NCBI GenBank assembly: GCA_039811685.1 | Contig: JBDHZC010000002.1 | Span: 608,001-672,000, forward strand | From: Armatimonadota bacterium | Lineage (GTDB): Bacteria > Armatimonadota > UBA5829 > DSUL01 | DNA length: 64,000 nt | Reading direction: 5' to 3' | In this document: in pieces, positions 20,405 through 30,480 of the stretch | Layout of the letters: every line of letters starts with the position of its first letter | Position numbering within the stretch: position 1 is the stretch's first letter | Position numbers and translations under genes: made by a program | The notes under the pieces: generated by a model | Database searches by the model: none | What the model was told of the DNA's origin: nothing | What the model saw: only the letters and a program-made list of their open reading frames with translations

Positions 20405-20740
20405 AGCGTCTGGAATCCAGAGCCCTTTGAAGTGAGATCTCTCAGCTAAGGGACATCGGAAGCCTCTGAGGAATTGCGGGCGTCTTTGACTGGCCGCATC
20501 TGTCCGGCGACGGCCAACGCGTGTAACTTTCTGATGATAATCGTGAGACTGCAGCGCGATAATATGTGACAGAGTTCTGGGAAGTGGCGGCTCCTGACGG
20601 TACACAAGTAAACGCCAGCCCCGGAGGAGCTGGCGTCTGAGAAGGAAGCGTCTCGAGACTGCTGAGTGCCGAGTGGATCAGAAGCTGTTGCAGAAGCCTT
20701 CAACTCCTGATCCGCCCCTCACTCACGAATCATCTTCGGG

Positions 20741-21211
20741 CTACCTGGTAGCGCAGGCCTCACAGTAGCCGGCGACATCAATCTTCAGTGACTCCACGCT
20801 AAAGCCCATCTCTTCGGCCACTTTGTCCCGCAGCCGCCGCGCGTAGTCGGTCTGAAACTCGATGATATTTCCGCACGAAAGGCAGCGAATGTGGTGGTGC
20901 TGATAGCCGTTGCCCCTCTTGAACTCATAGCAGCGGCGGTCGTCTTCAAAAATCAGCTCATCCACCAGACTCGCTTCCTTAAGCAGCGAGATAGTGCGAT
21001 AGACCGTGGACAGACTGACACGGGAATCGATGTCCCTGGCCCGCCTGTAGAGATCCTCAACGCTCAGATGGTCGTTGGATGATTTCAGAATGTCATAGAT
21101 CAGCTTGCGCTGCCTGGTCGAACGCTGCCCAAGAACTGGCGGGACCGTCTCTTCTGCAGGATGCTCGACATTGTGGTTGTTATCCGCAATACAAAACTCT
21201 GGGGAACTCAT
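20741..21211 (-). CDS. Fur family transcriptional regulator
   Basis: STRQRKLI, STVYRTI, HHHIRCLSCG, GYCEAC; upstream TTGACG-17-TAGCAT promoter. Confidence 0.9.
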   Translation of the reverse strand: MSSPEFCIADNNHNVEHPAEETVPPVLGQRSTRQRKLIYDILKSSNDHLSVEDLYRRARDIDSRVSLSTVYRTISLLKEASLVDELIFEDDRRCYEFKRGNGYQHHHIRCLSCGNIIEFQTDYARRLRDKVAEEMGFSVESLKIDVAGYCEACATR

Positions 21212-21396
21212 GTCAATCTAGATGCTACTCACTTTCAAGCATTACGTCAACATATATTAAACAATCTGTCATTCCATAAACACGCAGCATACACACGCGA
21301 GAGTGCGTCACATTTCCGATACAGATTGCGTCGCGAGCGGGCGGTGTGTGTTTGATCTGTGTCTGCGCCGGAGGACAGAACGCAGGATAGCCTGGT

Positions 21397-21888
21397 TCAC
21401 TCTCCGCCATGCGGCACGCCTGCGTGACAACTGGAGCACGCTTTGCCTTTGGCCATGGCAGCGTGCTGGGGCTGCGCTTTGGGGTCCAGCCGGTCAGAAT
21501 GACAGCGGATGCAATTGTCATTGATGACTTTCAGAGTATCCGGGCGCGCTTTGATGTTTTTGTGGTTGTGATCCGTGAGATAGACAAAGCTGTGACGCAG
21601 CCCGGAGCGCGACTTGAAGACGTAGCCTGCAAAGGCTGATGAGTGCGGCGTGTGGCAGTCCATGCAGTTGGTCACGCTGGCATGGGGTGAGGCCTTCCAC
21701 GAGTCATACATAGGCTGCATAATGTGGCAGTTGAGGCAAGCTTTCGGGTCGTCTGAAAGATAGGACGCGGCGTTCGTGGATTTCAGGGCGTAGGCGCCGG
21801 CGCCGAACAGGACTGCGCACGCTGCGAACGCAACAATCCGGTACTGTCTTGTCATTGTGTGAAAACGGGGAATCCGCGGCATAGTCAT
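21397..21888 (-). CDS. nrfH: Tetraheme cytochrome c, NapC/NirT family (NrfH-like)
   Basis: N-terminal TM helix, SYLSDDPKACLNCHIM, four CxxCH motifs, VPHG end. Start could be 21855. Confidence 0.85.
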   Translation of the reverse strand: MTMPRIPRFHTMTRQYRIVAFAACAVLFGAGAYALKSTNAASYLSDDPKACLNCHIMQPMYDSWKASPHASVTNCMDCHTPHSSAFAGYVFKSRSGLRHSFVYLTDHNHKNIKARPDTLKVINDNCIRCHSDRLDPKAQPQHAAMAKGKACSSCHAGVPHGGE

Positions 21889-22144
21889 TCACCTTGGGCG
21901 GCGCGTCGCAATGGCAGCGCGTTATGTTATGAACGAAACACGGACAGGGGTGAGCAAGACCCGGGCGGCGTCGCAGACTGTGCCCGCCGCGGGCGCACGC
22001 GCGGACACTGGTTCCCAGACAACTCAGAGAACAAACAGACACACGATAGATTGTGCGTCTCCGTACAAAGACTTCGCGGAGGAGCGGAAAGTTTCCTTCC
22101 GCGACACCCAGGGGACAAAATGCCAGGGTGCGGACTGCTGAGCA

Positions 22145-22915
22145 ATGAACAACCCTACTGTCAATACCAAAACGTGGGATGAGCGCGAGTTTACATCAGC
22201 TTTGCAGGCAGCGCTGAAAAAGCTGGCTCTCAAGCTGTCCGCAGAGCAAGAGACCCGGATGGGCGCATTCGCGCGTCTGCTTTTTGAAACCAACCAGCGC
22301 CTCAACCTCACCCGCATCACCGATCCGCAGGAGGTGGCGGTCAAGCACTTTGCAGACTCACTGACGGTGTTGTCTGTTGGGGTGGAAGAGAGAGCGGGCG
22401 CAGTGGATGTGGGCTCGGGAGGAGGTCTTCCGGGGATACCGCTGGCGATCGCCCGCCCGGACCTGCGGGTGACGATGCTTGAGGCGACGGGGCGCAAGGC
22501 GGCTTTTCTGAGTGAAGCTGTCGCCTCTCTCGGTCTTGATAATGCTGAGGTGCTGTGCGGACGCGTTGAGGAGCTGGCTCACGAGCGCCAGATCCGGCAG
22601 CGCTTCGACATCGCCGTGTGGCGCGGGCTGGGCGATCTGGCGCTGGGAGCAGAGGTCTGTGTGCCTCTGGTGCGCACTGGCGGACGCGCGGTTGCGATGA
22701 AGGGTCCGAAGCTGGAAGAGGAGCTGGCCGCAGCGAGAGCGCTCATCGGGCAGCTTGGGGGCAGGGTAGAGAAGATAGTGGAGGCTGCACTGCCTGGCGA
22801 TATTCGCCACCGCCTTCTGGTTATAGAGAAAATCCGCCAGACCCCGCCTCAGTTCCCGCGCGCCTGGAAGCGAATCAAGAACAGCCAGACGCACGCGGCA
22901 AGCGAGCGCGAGTGA
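22145..22915 (+). CDS. rsmG: 16S rRNA m7G527 methyltransferase
   Basis: NLTRI, HFADSL, DVGSGGGLPGIPLAI, GRVEE, MKG, TPPQFPR. Confidence 0.93.
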   Translation: MNNPTVNTKTWDEREFTSALQAALKKLALKLSAEQETRMGAFARLLFETNQRLNLTRITDPQEVAVKHFADSLTVLSVGVEERAGAVDVGSGGGLPGIPLAIARPDLRVTMLEATGRKAAFLSEAVASLGLDNAEVLCGRVEELAHERQIRQRFDIAVWRGLGDLALGAEVCVPLVRTGGRAVAMKGPKLEEELAAARALIGQLGGRVEKIVEAALPGDIRHRLLVIEKIRQTPPQFPRAWKRIKNSQTHAASERE

Positions 22916-22988
22916 CGGTTGCGCCCGCGCTCAGGCAGGGCTGGGCTCTGTTTCAATCGAAGAGGGCGCAAGAGAAGGAGTGTTTTGA

Positions 22989-24851
22989 ATGGCAAGCGCG
23001 CAAACCCCGGTTACGGCGGCTGAAAAGGCCGATCAATTCCTGACAGAATCCACTCAGTTCCGGCTCGGGTCGCTGTTGACGGAGAGTCCGCATCCGCGCT
23101 CGCGTACGCTGAGCGACGTTGCCCGCGCAAGCGCCGCGGACGGGCTGGCGATGCTTTTCGATGTGGACCGCGACGTGGTGAAGAAATTTCGAGACTTCGC
23201 TATGAGCGGCCGTCCGCAAAAGATTGCGCAAACTGTGGTGGATGCTTTGCAGGCAGGCGGGCGCATCTTCTGCACAGGGTGCGGCGCGACCGGGCGGCTG
23301 AGCATTCAGATGGACTCCATCTGGCGGGACTTCTGGCAGAGGCGGCGCGTGGCCGGAGCGCTGGAGCCCGACCCTGACGAGTGGGAAGAGCGCACTTTCA
23401 GCGTAATGGCAGGCGGTGACTTTGCGCTGATCAAGAGCGTGGAAGGCTTTGAGGATTTCACGCAGTTCGGGCGTCAGCAGATTGCCGATCTGAATATCAG
23501 CGATCGCGACGTTGTCTTTGCGATTACGGAAGGCGGGGAGACGTCGTTCGTCATTGGGACCGCCTGGCAGGGTGTGGATGTTGGCGCAAAGGTCTACTTT
23601 GTCTACAACAACCCGGATGAAGTGTTGCGGGAGCACGTCATCCGAAGCCGCGAGGTGATTGACGACGGACGAATTGAGACCGTAAATCTCACCACCGGCC
23701 CGATGGCCATTACCGGATCCACGCGCATGCAGGCCACCAGCATTCAGCTTTGCGCCATGCTGTTGATCTGGGAGATCGTTCTCAGAGAAATTACAGGACA
23801 GGGGAGCGTGGAAGCGATCGCTTCGGAAGTATGCGCAGAGTTTGCCGCATCGCTGGAAGCTGTTCATGCGACTCTTCAGTCGGAGGAGCTACGCTGTGAA
23901 CTCGGCGCTTTGGTGGAACGAGAGGAGCGGGTTTACCGCGCAGGCAAACGCAACAGCTACTTCGCCGACCGTCTGTCCATAGATGTTCTGACAGACACCA
24001 CCGAGAGAAGCCCCACTTTCTGCATCCCGGCGTTTCGCAAGTTTGACGACGAACAGGCTGCGGAATCCTGGTCGTTTCTATTTTTGCCGGAGGAGAGCGC
24101 GCAGCTTGCATGGCGGCGTCTGCTGAGAAGAGACCCGCGACCGGTAGAGTGGAGTGAAGAGCAAGTGCGCCGGATGATTGGCCCGGAGCTTGCGCCGCGA
24201 CAGCACGCTATTATGAAGACTATCGGGCTGCAGGAAATCTACCGCTTCAAGATCGGGCTGGACGGGTTGGCGTATCGAAGGTTTCAGCAGGGCGACACGG
24301 CGACAGCAATTACGACTGAGCAGGAGCTGGGAGAACTCCGGGAGGACGGTTTCTATCAGAGGATGCTCTGGCAGGCGCATGCGAACGGAGCTGAGACGAG
24401 CCTGGTGTTTCTGGGGACTGAGGAGGCGCTCAAAGACGCGCGAGCGCTTGTGAAGGAATCTTTGCCTGCTGGCACGTTTCTGGTCGCTTTGAAGCTGCCG
24501 GAGGAGTCCGGTCTACTTGAGTTTGCTTCCAGAATCGGCGTTAAGATGATGTTGAACGCCCTGTCCACGTGTACGCTGGTGCGTATGGGACGGGTGATGG
24601 GCAACGTGATGATCTGGGTTGTTCCGAGCAACTTGAAGCTTATTGACCGCTCAACGCGCTACATTTCACAGCTTGTTGGTGTCCCTTATGAGCAGGCCTG
24701 CCACATGCTCTTTGACGTTATCGAGTATGTCTCGCCGCGGATGCGCGCCGGACAGGTGTATCCGGCTCCGGTGGGCGTGTCCGTCATGCGTCTGCGGCAC
24801 GGACTGGACAACGAGCAGGCGGAAAAGCGGCTCTATGAGGAGCTGGGGTAG
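22989..24851 (+). CDS. Long SIS-domain protein (MurQ/glucokinase-regulator-like)
   Basis: GCGATGRLS, KSVEGFED, GPMAITGSTRMQAT, KMMLNALST..MGRVMGNVM..PSNLKLIDR. Confidence 0.75.
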   Translation: MASAQTPVTAAEKADQFLTESTQFRLGSLLTESPHPRSRTLSDVARASAADGLAMLFDVDRDVVKKFRDFAMSGRPQKIAQTVVDALQAGGRIFCTGCGATGRLSIQMDSIWRDFWQRRRVAGALEPDPDEWEERTFSVMAGGDFALIKSVEGFEDFTQFGRQQIADLNISDRDVVFAITEGGETSFVIGTAWQGVDVGAKVYFVYNNPDEVLREHVIRSREVIDDGRIETVNLTTGPMAITGSTRMQATSIQLCAMLLIWEIVLREITGQGSVEAIASEVCAEFAASLEAVHATLQSEELRCELGALVEREERVYRAGKRNSYFADRLSIDVLTDTTERSPTFCIPAFRKFDDEQAAESWSFLFLPEESAQLAWRRLLRRDPRPVEWSEEQVRRMIGPELAPRQHAIMKTIGLQEIYRFKIGLDGLAYRRFQQGDTATAITTEQELGELREDGFYQRMLWQAHANGAETSLVFLGTEEALKDARALVKESLPAGTFLVALKLPEESGLLEFASRIGVKMMLNALSTCTLVRMGRVMGNVMIWVVPSNLKLIDRSTRYISQLVGVPYEQACHMLFDVIEYVSPRMRAGQVYPAPVGVSVMRLRHGLDNEQAEKRLYEELG

Positions 24852-24853
24852 CA

Positions 24854-25642
24854 ATGCCGGAGTCGTTCGACAGATTTGTTGAGATTGTCGCGGCTCTGCG
24901 CGCTCCCGGGGGCTGTCCGTGGGACCGCAAACAGACGCATGAGTCGCTGAAGCGCTACTTCGTGGAGGAGACCTACGAGGCGCTGCAGGCGATTGACGAT
25001 CAGGACGACGCGGGGCTTTCGGAAGAGCTTGGCGACGTACTGCTTCAGATCGGGTTGCATGCGCAGATCGCCAGTGAGCGCGGCAGTTTTGAGATTGACG
25101 ACGTCGTGCAGGGCATTAACGAGAAGCTGATCCGACGCCATCCACACGTCTTTGCGGAAGTCGAGGTGGATAGCGCGGAGGAGGTGCTGGTCAACTGGGA
25201 GGCGATCAAACGCCAGGAGAAGAACGCATCTGAACTGGACAGCGCGCTGTCGGGAGTGCCGCAGGCGCTTCCGGCGCTGCTTCTGGCGATGGAGGTGTCG
25301 AAGAAGGCAGCCAAGCAGGGCTTTGAATGGCCGGATATGCAGGGCGTTGTGGCCAAGATGCGCGAGGAGGTGGAGGAGCTGGACGCAGAACTCCGCGCGC
25401 CCTCTCTGGATAGCCAACGCATTGCGGATGAGCTGGGAGACCTGCTCTTCACTGTTGTGAATGTAGCGCGATGGGCGAAGGTGGACCCGGAAGATGCGCT
25501 GCGGCGAATGGTGCGCCGCTTTACCGAGCGCTTCAAAGCGATGGAAGAGCGCGCCCGAGCCGCTGGTCTGGCCCTGCAAAAGCTGACGCCGGAGGAGTGG
25601 GAGGACCTGTGGCAAAGCTCCAAACGCGCTGAGAAGGTTTGA
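24854..25642 (+). CDS. mazG: Nucleoside triphosphate pyrophosphohydrolase MazG
   Basis: GCPWDRKQTHESL, EETYE, EELGDVLLQ, KLIRRHPHVF, ELGDLLF. Confidence 0.95.
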   Translation: MPESFDRFVEIVAALRAPGGCPWDRKQTHESLKRYFVEETYEALQAIDDQDDAGLSEELGDVLLQIGLHAQIASERGSFEIDDVVQGINEKLIRRHPHVFAEVEVDSAEEVLVNWEAIKRQEKNASELDSALSGVPQALPALLLAMEVSKKAAKQGFEWPDMQGVVAKMREEVEELDAELRAPSLDSQRIADELGDLLFTVVNVARWAKVDPEDALRRMVRRFTERFKAMEERARAAGLALQKLTPEEWEDLWQSSKRAEKV

Positions 25643-25739
25643 GATACAGCTAACGACCTCAGACGGTCGAAGAAGGGTTGTGCGCGGTGAGGCGTGAGAA
25701 GGCAGTGGTGAAGCGGAGCAACCTCAAAAACTTGCCTCT

Positions 25740-28700
25740 TTAGTTGACCATCCGCACGGTCTGGCGGGCCAGCTTTGCGGGCATGGAGTAGCGCAGACGA
25801 AAGACGAAGCTGATCGGGCGCGCGCCCTGGTGGCTCACGTAGTCGGCGGGACCCAGGTAGAAGTACGGGTTTGCGAGACCGGAGGTCGCCCTGTTCTCGC
25901 GCACAAAAAGCAGGATAGTGTGCCCGGTTTCGCGGTGATGGATATAGCGTTGGCCTACCGGGCTTTCGGGCGTGGTAGTGCTTTGAGACTGCCAGTGAAA
26001 CAGCTCCGGACTGATGGCGTAGTCCTCGTACATGGTAGTTGGGGAGTAGTCAGTTTCAGTCTTATTGAGGGTGATGAAAAAGAGGTCCGCCTTCTGTTCG
26101 CGCAGGTAGAGAACGCCTTCCCGCATGGACGGCTGGGCCTCCAGAGTCCAATGGCCAACGCCAGCCAGAATCTCATCGCGTGTGTACTGGCAATGCAAAT
26201 CCAGCGGGCAGAAGAATGGAAGCTCCGGGCGTTTGCGTACGCTGTCAATCTGCTCCTTGCGATAGTCCAGCAGCTCCAACAGCTCACCCATGTGCGCTGG
26301 GTTCTGGCGCAACCGCGCATCACAAGCTCTCAGGTCCCCTGGCAAGGCGTCTCTTGACCACAGCGACATGTGCATCATCGTCAGAAGTCTGGCGCATTCT
26401 TCAGAGTAGGTCGTCTGAGGATGGGTCGCAGCGTTGTGGACACAGGCGATAACTGACGGGCTATCCGTGTGTTGGAGCCGCCGCAAACCACGCGCGAGCA
26501 GTGGCTCATCTGGCTCGCTCAGGCCGGGTAGCCATCCCGCTTCATGGCAAAGTCGCGTGTACGTAACCTTTCGGCGATAGATGTCATCTGACTGGAGCTG
26601 GGCATAACTCAGGAACTGAGCGAGGGATGGACGCCCTCCGATGCTGTCGCCTGCAGCCCGCACTTCGTCTGCAAGCGATGCTGTGTTGCGCTGGATGTTT
26701 TGCCGAATGTTGTCCAGCACGTACTTGCGAGCAAACCGTTCTAGCTGGATCGTGCAGCCCGCGGGCAGATGAGGAAATCCCCGGCTGACCTGAGTCGCTA
26801 CACTTTGAGTCGCGTCACCCATCAACGCCCGGAAGCGCAGGTCGTAGCGGAAGTTTTTGTGCGCGTGACCGATGAAGTCCAGCACAGTAAGGCACTCTTT
26901 GTCATCCTGAAGACGCAGGCCACGGCCAAGCTGCTGGAGAAAGACGGTCAGGCTCTCAGTGGGTCGAAGAAACAGAACCGTGTCAACCTCAGGTATGTCC
27001 ACACCTTCGTTATAGAGGTCTACGGTACAGATAAAATTGATCTTCCGCTCGCGAAGCTGGCCTTGAACTGCCCGGCGCTCATCCCTTGGAGAATCCGCCG
27101 ACAGCGCAATCGCGGGAATACCGGCCAGCCGGAGTTGTTCCGCCATAAACTGCGCATGTCGGATGCTAGCGCAAAACGCAAGCCCTCTCGCCTCGCAAGG
27201 ATCGAGAAGAATCTTGTGCATGCTTCTAATCACGAGACCCGCTCGCTCTGTCTGCGATAGCAACGCGGTAAGCTCGTTCAGGTCGTAGCCCCCGCGCTGC
27301 CAGCGCAACCCGCTCAGGTCCACCTCATCACTGATTCCGAAATACTGAAACGGGCACAGCAGCTTGCGGTTGATGGCATCTGGCAGCCGTATCTCGGAGG
27401 TGATATGGCCGCCAAAGTAGTGCAGGATATCTTCCTGATCTGTGCGCTCAGGTGTTGCAGTCAGGCCCAGTAGCACCTTTGGACGCACATGACTCAGAAG
27501 CCGCTCATAGGTAGGAGCGGCGGAATGATGAAACTCATCTACCACGACGTAGTCGTAGAAATCCGGCGGAAGTTGATCCATCTCCTGGGAGTTCCACGAC
27601 TGAATCGAGCAGAAAAGATGCTCATCCTGCCCTGGCCGGGCGCCGCCTACCAGCTTATCCCCGAAGTTATTGTTGCGTAGCACAGCGCGAAAGGTGTGCA
27701 AGCTCTGATTCAGGATCTCCTCGCGGTGAGCAATGAAGAGGAGCCGCTTCCGTGCTGCGCTTTCGCACCAGCGACGGTAGTCAAAAGCTGCGATCATGGT
27801 TTTTCCTGTTCCCGTCGCCGCCACTACAAGTTGACGCTCACGGCCGCTAACGTCGCGCTCCGCCTGAAGTTTGTCCAGAATCTCCTGCTGGAAGGGATAA
27901 GGTCTCAGATCAAAAAACGTGTCGACAGTGCCGGCGTCGCGCGTCTGCTCGTGGCGCAACGCGACCTGCAGGCGCTCCCGCTGCTCCGGAGAATAGAGCA
28001 CAAACTCCGGGTCTTGCCAGTAGGTCTCGAAGGTCCCGCTGATCTTTTCCCAGAGCCCGGGGCTCTCATACTGGCTGACCTTCACACTCCACTCCAGGCC
28101 ATCTGTTATGGCGGGGCGCGTCAGGTTCGCCGAGCCGATGTAGGAGGTCCCGAAACCGGTTTCCCGGTGAAAGGTGTAAGACTTGGCGTGGAGACGAGTC
28201 CGCTCGGTGTCGAAGGTCAGCCTGACCTGTGTGTTTGGTAGCTCCGCGAGAAAGTCAACGGCTTTCAGATCCGTTGCGCCCATATAACTGGTGGTGATCA
28301 CGCGCAGGCGCGTGTGTTCCCGCTCGGTGAATCGGACAAGCTCATTCTCCATCGTGCGGATGCCGCTCCACTTGATGAAGGAGCAGAGGATGTCCAGACG
28401 ATCTGCGCTCTCCAGCTCCTTGCTGAGTTGGGAGAGCAGGCTTGGATCCAGACGGGTCCCTGTCAGCAGACATGCGGTGGTAAGGGGGGTATCCGGCCTG
28501 AGCCGCTGCGGCCCCTTCTGACGCTTGATCTCAAGGAGTTTGCGCGCCGGTCGCGCCAGATCGTTGCCCTCTGCGCCCTGCAAAAGGCCGATGATTTGAT
28601 TGCAGAGAGCTATCTGCGCATCCAGCTTCTTGCCGGCGCCCTCCGCAGCGATCTGGAGGGCTTGGCCGATGGCGTGCTTCAGATGCTGCGCCAGCACCTG

Positions 28701-28820
28701 GTGGCTGTCCCCGACTTCCAGTTCCATGCACTGGGCTTCCAGAAGCGGGTTCAGGGCTTCAAGCTCGCCTGCTAGCGCGAGGGTTACAACCTGTTCGTAG
28801 AGTCCTTCTTTAAGAGGCAT
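25740..28820 (-). CDS. PLD nuclease-SF2 helicase-DUF3427 protein (SauUSI-like putative type IV restriction enzyme)
   Basis: LHAKSY..IGSANLT, ATGTGKT, DEFHH, GLTATPER, QQLGRGLR, C-terminal YEDYAISPELFHWQSQS. Confidence 0.85.
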   Translation of the reverse strand: MPLKEGLYEQVVTLALAGELEALNPLLEAQCMELEVGDSHQVLAQHLKHAIGQALQIAAEGAGKKLDAQIALCNQIIGLLQGAEGNDLARPARKLLEIKRQKGPQRLRPDTPLTTACLLTGTRLDPSLLSQLSKELESADRLDILCSFIKWSGIRTMENELVRFTEREHTRLRVITTSYMGATDLKAVDFLAELPNTQVRLTFDTERTRLHAKSYTFHRETGFGTSYIGSANLTRPAITDGLEWSVKVSQYESPGLWEKISGTFETYWQDPEFVLYSPEQRERLQVALRHEQTRDAGTVDTFFDLRPYPFQQEILDKLQAERDVSGRERQLVVAATGTGKTMIAAFDYRRWCESAARKRLLFIAHREEILNQSLHTFRAVLRNNNFGDKLVGGARPGQDEHLFCSIQSWNSQEMDQLPPDFYDYVVVDEFHHSAAPTYERLLSHVRPKVLLGLTATPERTDQEDILHYFGGHITSEIRLPDAINRKLLCPFQYFGISDEVDLSGLRWQRGGYDLNELTALLSQTERAGLVIRSMHKILLDPCEARGLAFCASIRHAQFMAEQLRLAGIPAIALSADSPRDERRAVQGQLRERKINFICTVDLYNEGVDIPEVDTVLFLRPTESLTVFLQQLGRGLRLQDDKECLTVLDFIGHAHKNFRYDLRFRALMGDATQSVATQVSRGFPHLPAGCTIQLERFARKYVLDNIRQNIQRNTASLADEVRAAGDSIGGRPSLAQFLSYAQLQSDDIYRRKVTYTRLCHEAGWLPGLSEPDEPLLARGLRRLQHTDSPSVIACVHNAATHPQTTYSEECARLLTMMHMSLWSRDALPGDLRACDARLRQNPAHMGELLELLDYRKEQIDSVRKRPELPFFCPLDLHCQYTRDEILAGVGHWTLEAQPSMREGVLYLREQKADLFFITLNKTETDYSPTTMYEDYAISPELFHWQSQSTTTPESPVGQRYIHHRETGHTILLFVRENRATSGLANPYFYLGPADYVSHQGARPISFVFRLRYSMPAKLARQTVRMVN

Positions 28821-28888
28821 GGGCCAATTTTACCAGGCGAAGGCCGGAAACGGAAGGTTGGGCGCAAACGGGCGTACCAATTCTAGCC

Positions 28889-28968
28889 GGTCAGAGGGCG
28901 GGAATGAGGAAGTCGTTTGTGGCGTCGGAGGCGGATACGGTTATACGCAGGCGGCTGTGGGGCTCGGA
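28889..28968. repeat. Left copy of an 80-bp imperfect direct repeat
   Basis: 75/80 identical to 44609-44688; first 40 bp identical. Confidence 0.92.
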
Positions 28969-28985
28969 TCGCACTTTGCCTCGAA

Positions 28986-30294
28986 GTTTCAATCCACACC
29001 GCCCCCGAAGGGGCGATGCAACTAGCGCTGCCGCCCAGGTGCAGCCGATCGACGCGTTTCAATCCACACCGCCCCCGAAGGGGCGATGCAACGATGTTTA
29101 CGCATTTTGATTGCAGGGTAGGCAAGTTTCAATCCACACCGCCCCCGAAGGGGCGATGCAACAGGTGCCGGTCGAGACTGTCTGTAGTTGAAAACAGTTT
29201 CAATCCACACCGCCCCCGAAGGGGCGATGCAACAGTCGAGGCCAACCGGAAGGGATAGGGAGAACGAGTTTCAATCCACACCGCCCCCGAAGGGGCGATG
29301 CAACAGGAAGCGGAAAACATGCTTCCTTTAGCGCGCGTTTCAATCCACACCGCCCCCGAAGGGGCGATGCAACCACTGCCCCGTCCCCATCTCGGGTGGG
29401 GCATTACGTTTCAATCCACACCGCCCCCGAAGGGGCGATGCAACCACCTTCAGACGGTCTCGTGTCCGATTGTCATAGTTTCAATCCACACCGCCCCCGA
29501 AGGGGCGATGCAACAATGTAGCATACAGCTGCAGAGTGTACAGGGTTGTTTCAATCCACACCGCCCCCGAAGGGGCGATGCAACACAGCACCAATACGAA
29601 GAAAGAGGAAAACCCATGTTTCAATCCACACCGCCCCCGAAGGGGCGATGCAACCGAACCCTTCTCTGAAGCAGTCGCAGTCGAATACGTTTCAATCCAC
29701 ACCGCCCCCGAAGGGGCGATGCAACGGAGTCCGAGCTTTCAAGCTCGTATCCACAGCGGTCGTTTCAATCCACACCGCCCCCGAAGGGGCGATGCAACGA
29801 CGTCAGAGAGCAGTTGAGCCATGGTGACGAAGTTTCAATCCACACCGCCCCCGAAGGGGCGATGCAACGTTACGCGGCCGAGTTCTACGTCTACGATTCG
29901 CTGTTTCAATCCACACCGCCCCCGAAGGGGCGATGCAACGGTCGCGGCGCACTGTTCCGGTGTTCTGTCTGCGGGTGTTTCAATCCACACCGCCCCCGAA
30001 GGGGCGATGCAACCCGTCCCGCTAACTAGCTTGCCGATCCGCTTGGTTTCAATCCACACCGCCCCCGAAGGGGCGATGCAACCACTGTCGCTCCGCGGCA
30101 TCGTCGTACCGATGCGTTTCAATCCACACCGCCCCCGAAGGGGCGATGCAACTCGACTTACTTGCCCTCCGATGCGGTGGATGCTGTTTCAATCCACACC
30201 GCCCCCGAAGGGGCGATGCAACATGCCTGTTCAAGACTTGCCTTTTCCGCCTCTATCGTTTCAATCCACACCGCCCCCGAAGGGGCGATGCAAC
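28986..30294 (-). CRISPR. CRISPR array: 19 identical 37-bp repeats (GTTGCATCGCCCCTTCGGGGGCGGTGTGGATTGAAAC) and 18 spacers of 32-37 bp
   Basis: Repeats counted directly; hairpin ATCGCCCC-TTCG-GGGGCGGT; ATTGAAAC 3' end and leader next to cas2 give the minus orientation. Confidence 0.98.
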
Positions 30295-30480
30295 GCGCCC
30301 AAATTCACCCAAAAACGGGCAATCTGAGCACGAAATGACCTTCTCCAGCTGTCTTCAGGCGCCCTCCATAATTTTCAACTTTTTGCAGCCGCTCGCTTAG
30401 CTCACGCACGAATCACCCCAAAAATGTCTGCGAACCTCGTGCTCAAGGCTCCGGAGCTTGGGGTTCGCACAGCCGCCTGC
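30295..30480 (-). promoter_or_regulatory. CRISPR leader
   Basis: Non-coding region between cas2 and the first repeat, with inverted repeat tgcgaacc...ggttcgca and AT-rich patches. Confidence 0.8.

Noticed and set aside
22950..22973. gtttcaatcgaagagggcgcaag resembles the two ends of the CRISPR repeat
   Set aside because: Only 9 contiguous matches, no hairpin or leader motif; compatible with chance.
29023..30257. Self-targeting spacers
   Set aside because: No match seen by eye within this window; a genome-wide BLASTN is still needed.
28883..30400. Many short ORFs with repeated peptides (FQSTPPPKGRCN, VSIHTAPEGAMQ)
   Set aside because: They are translations of the CRISPR repeats.
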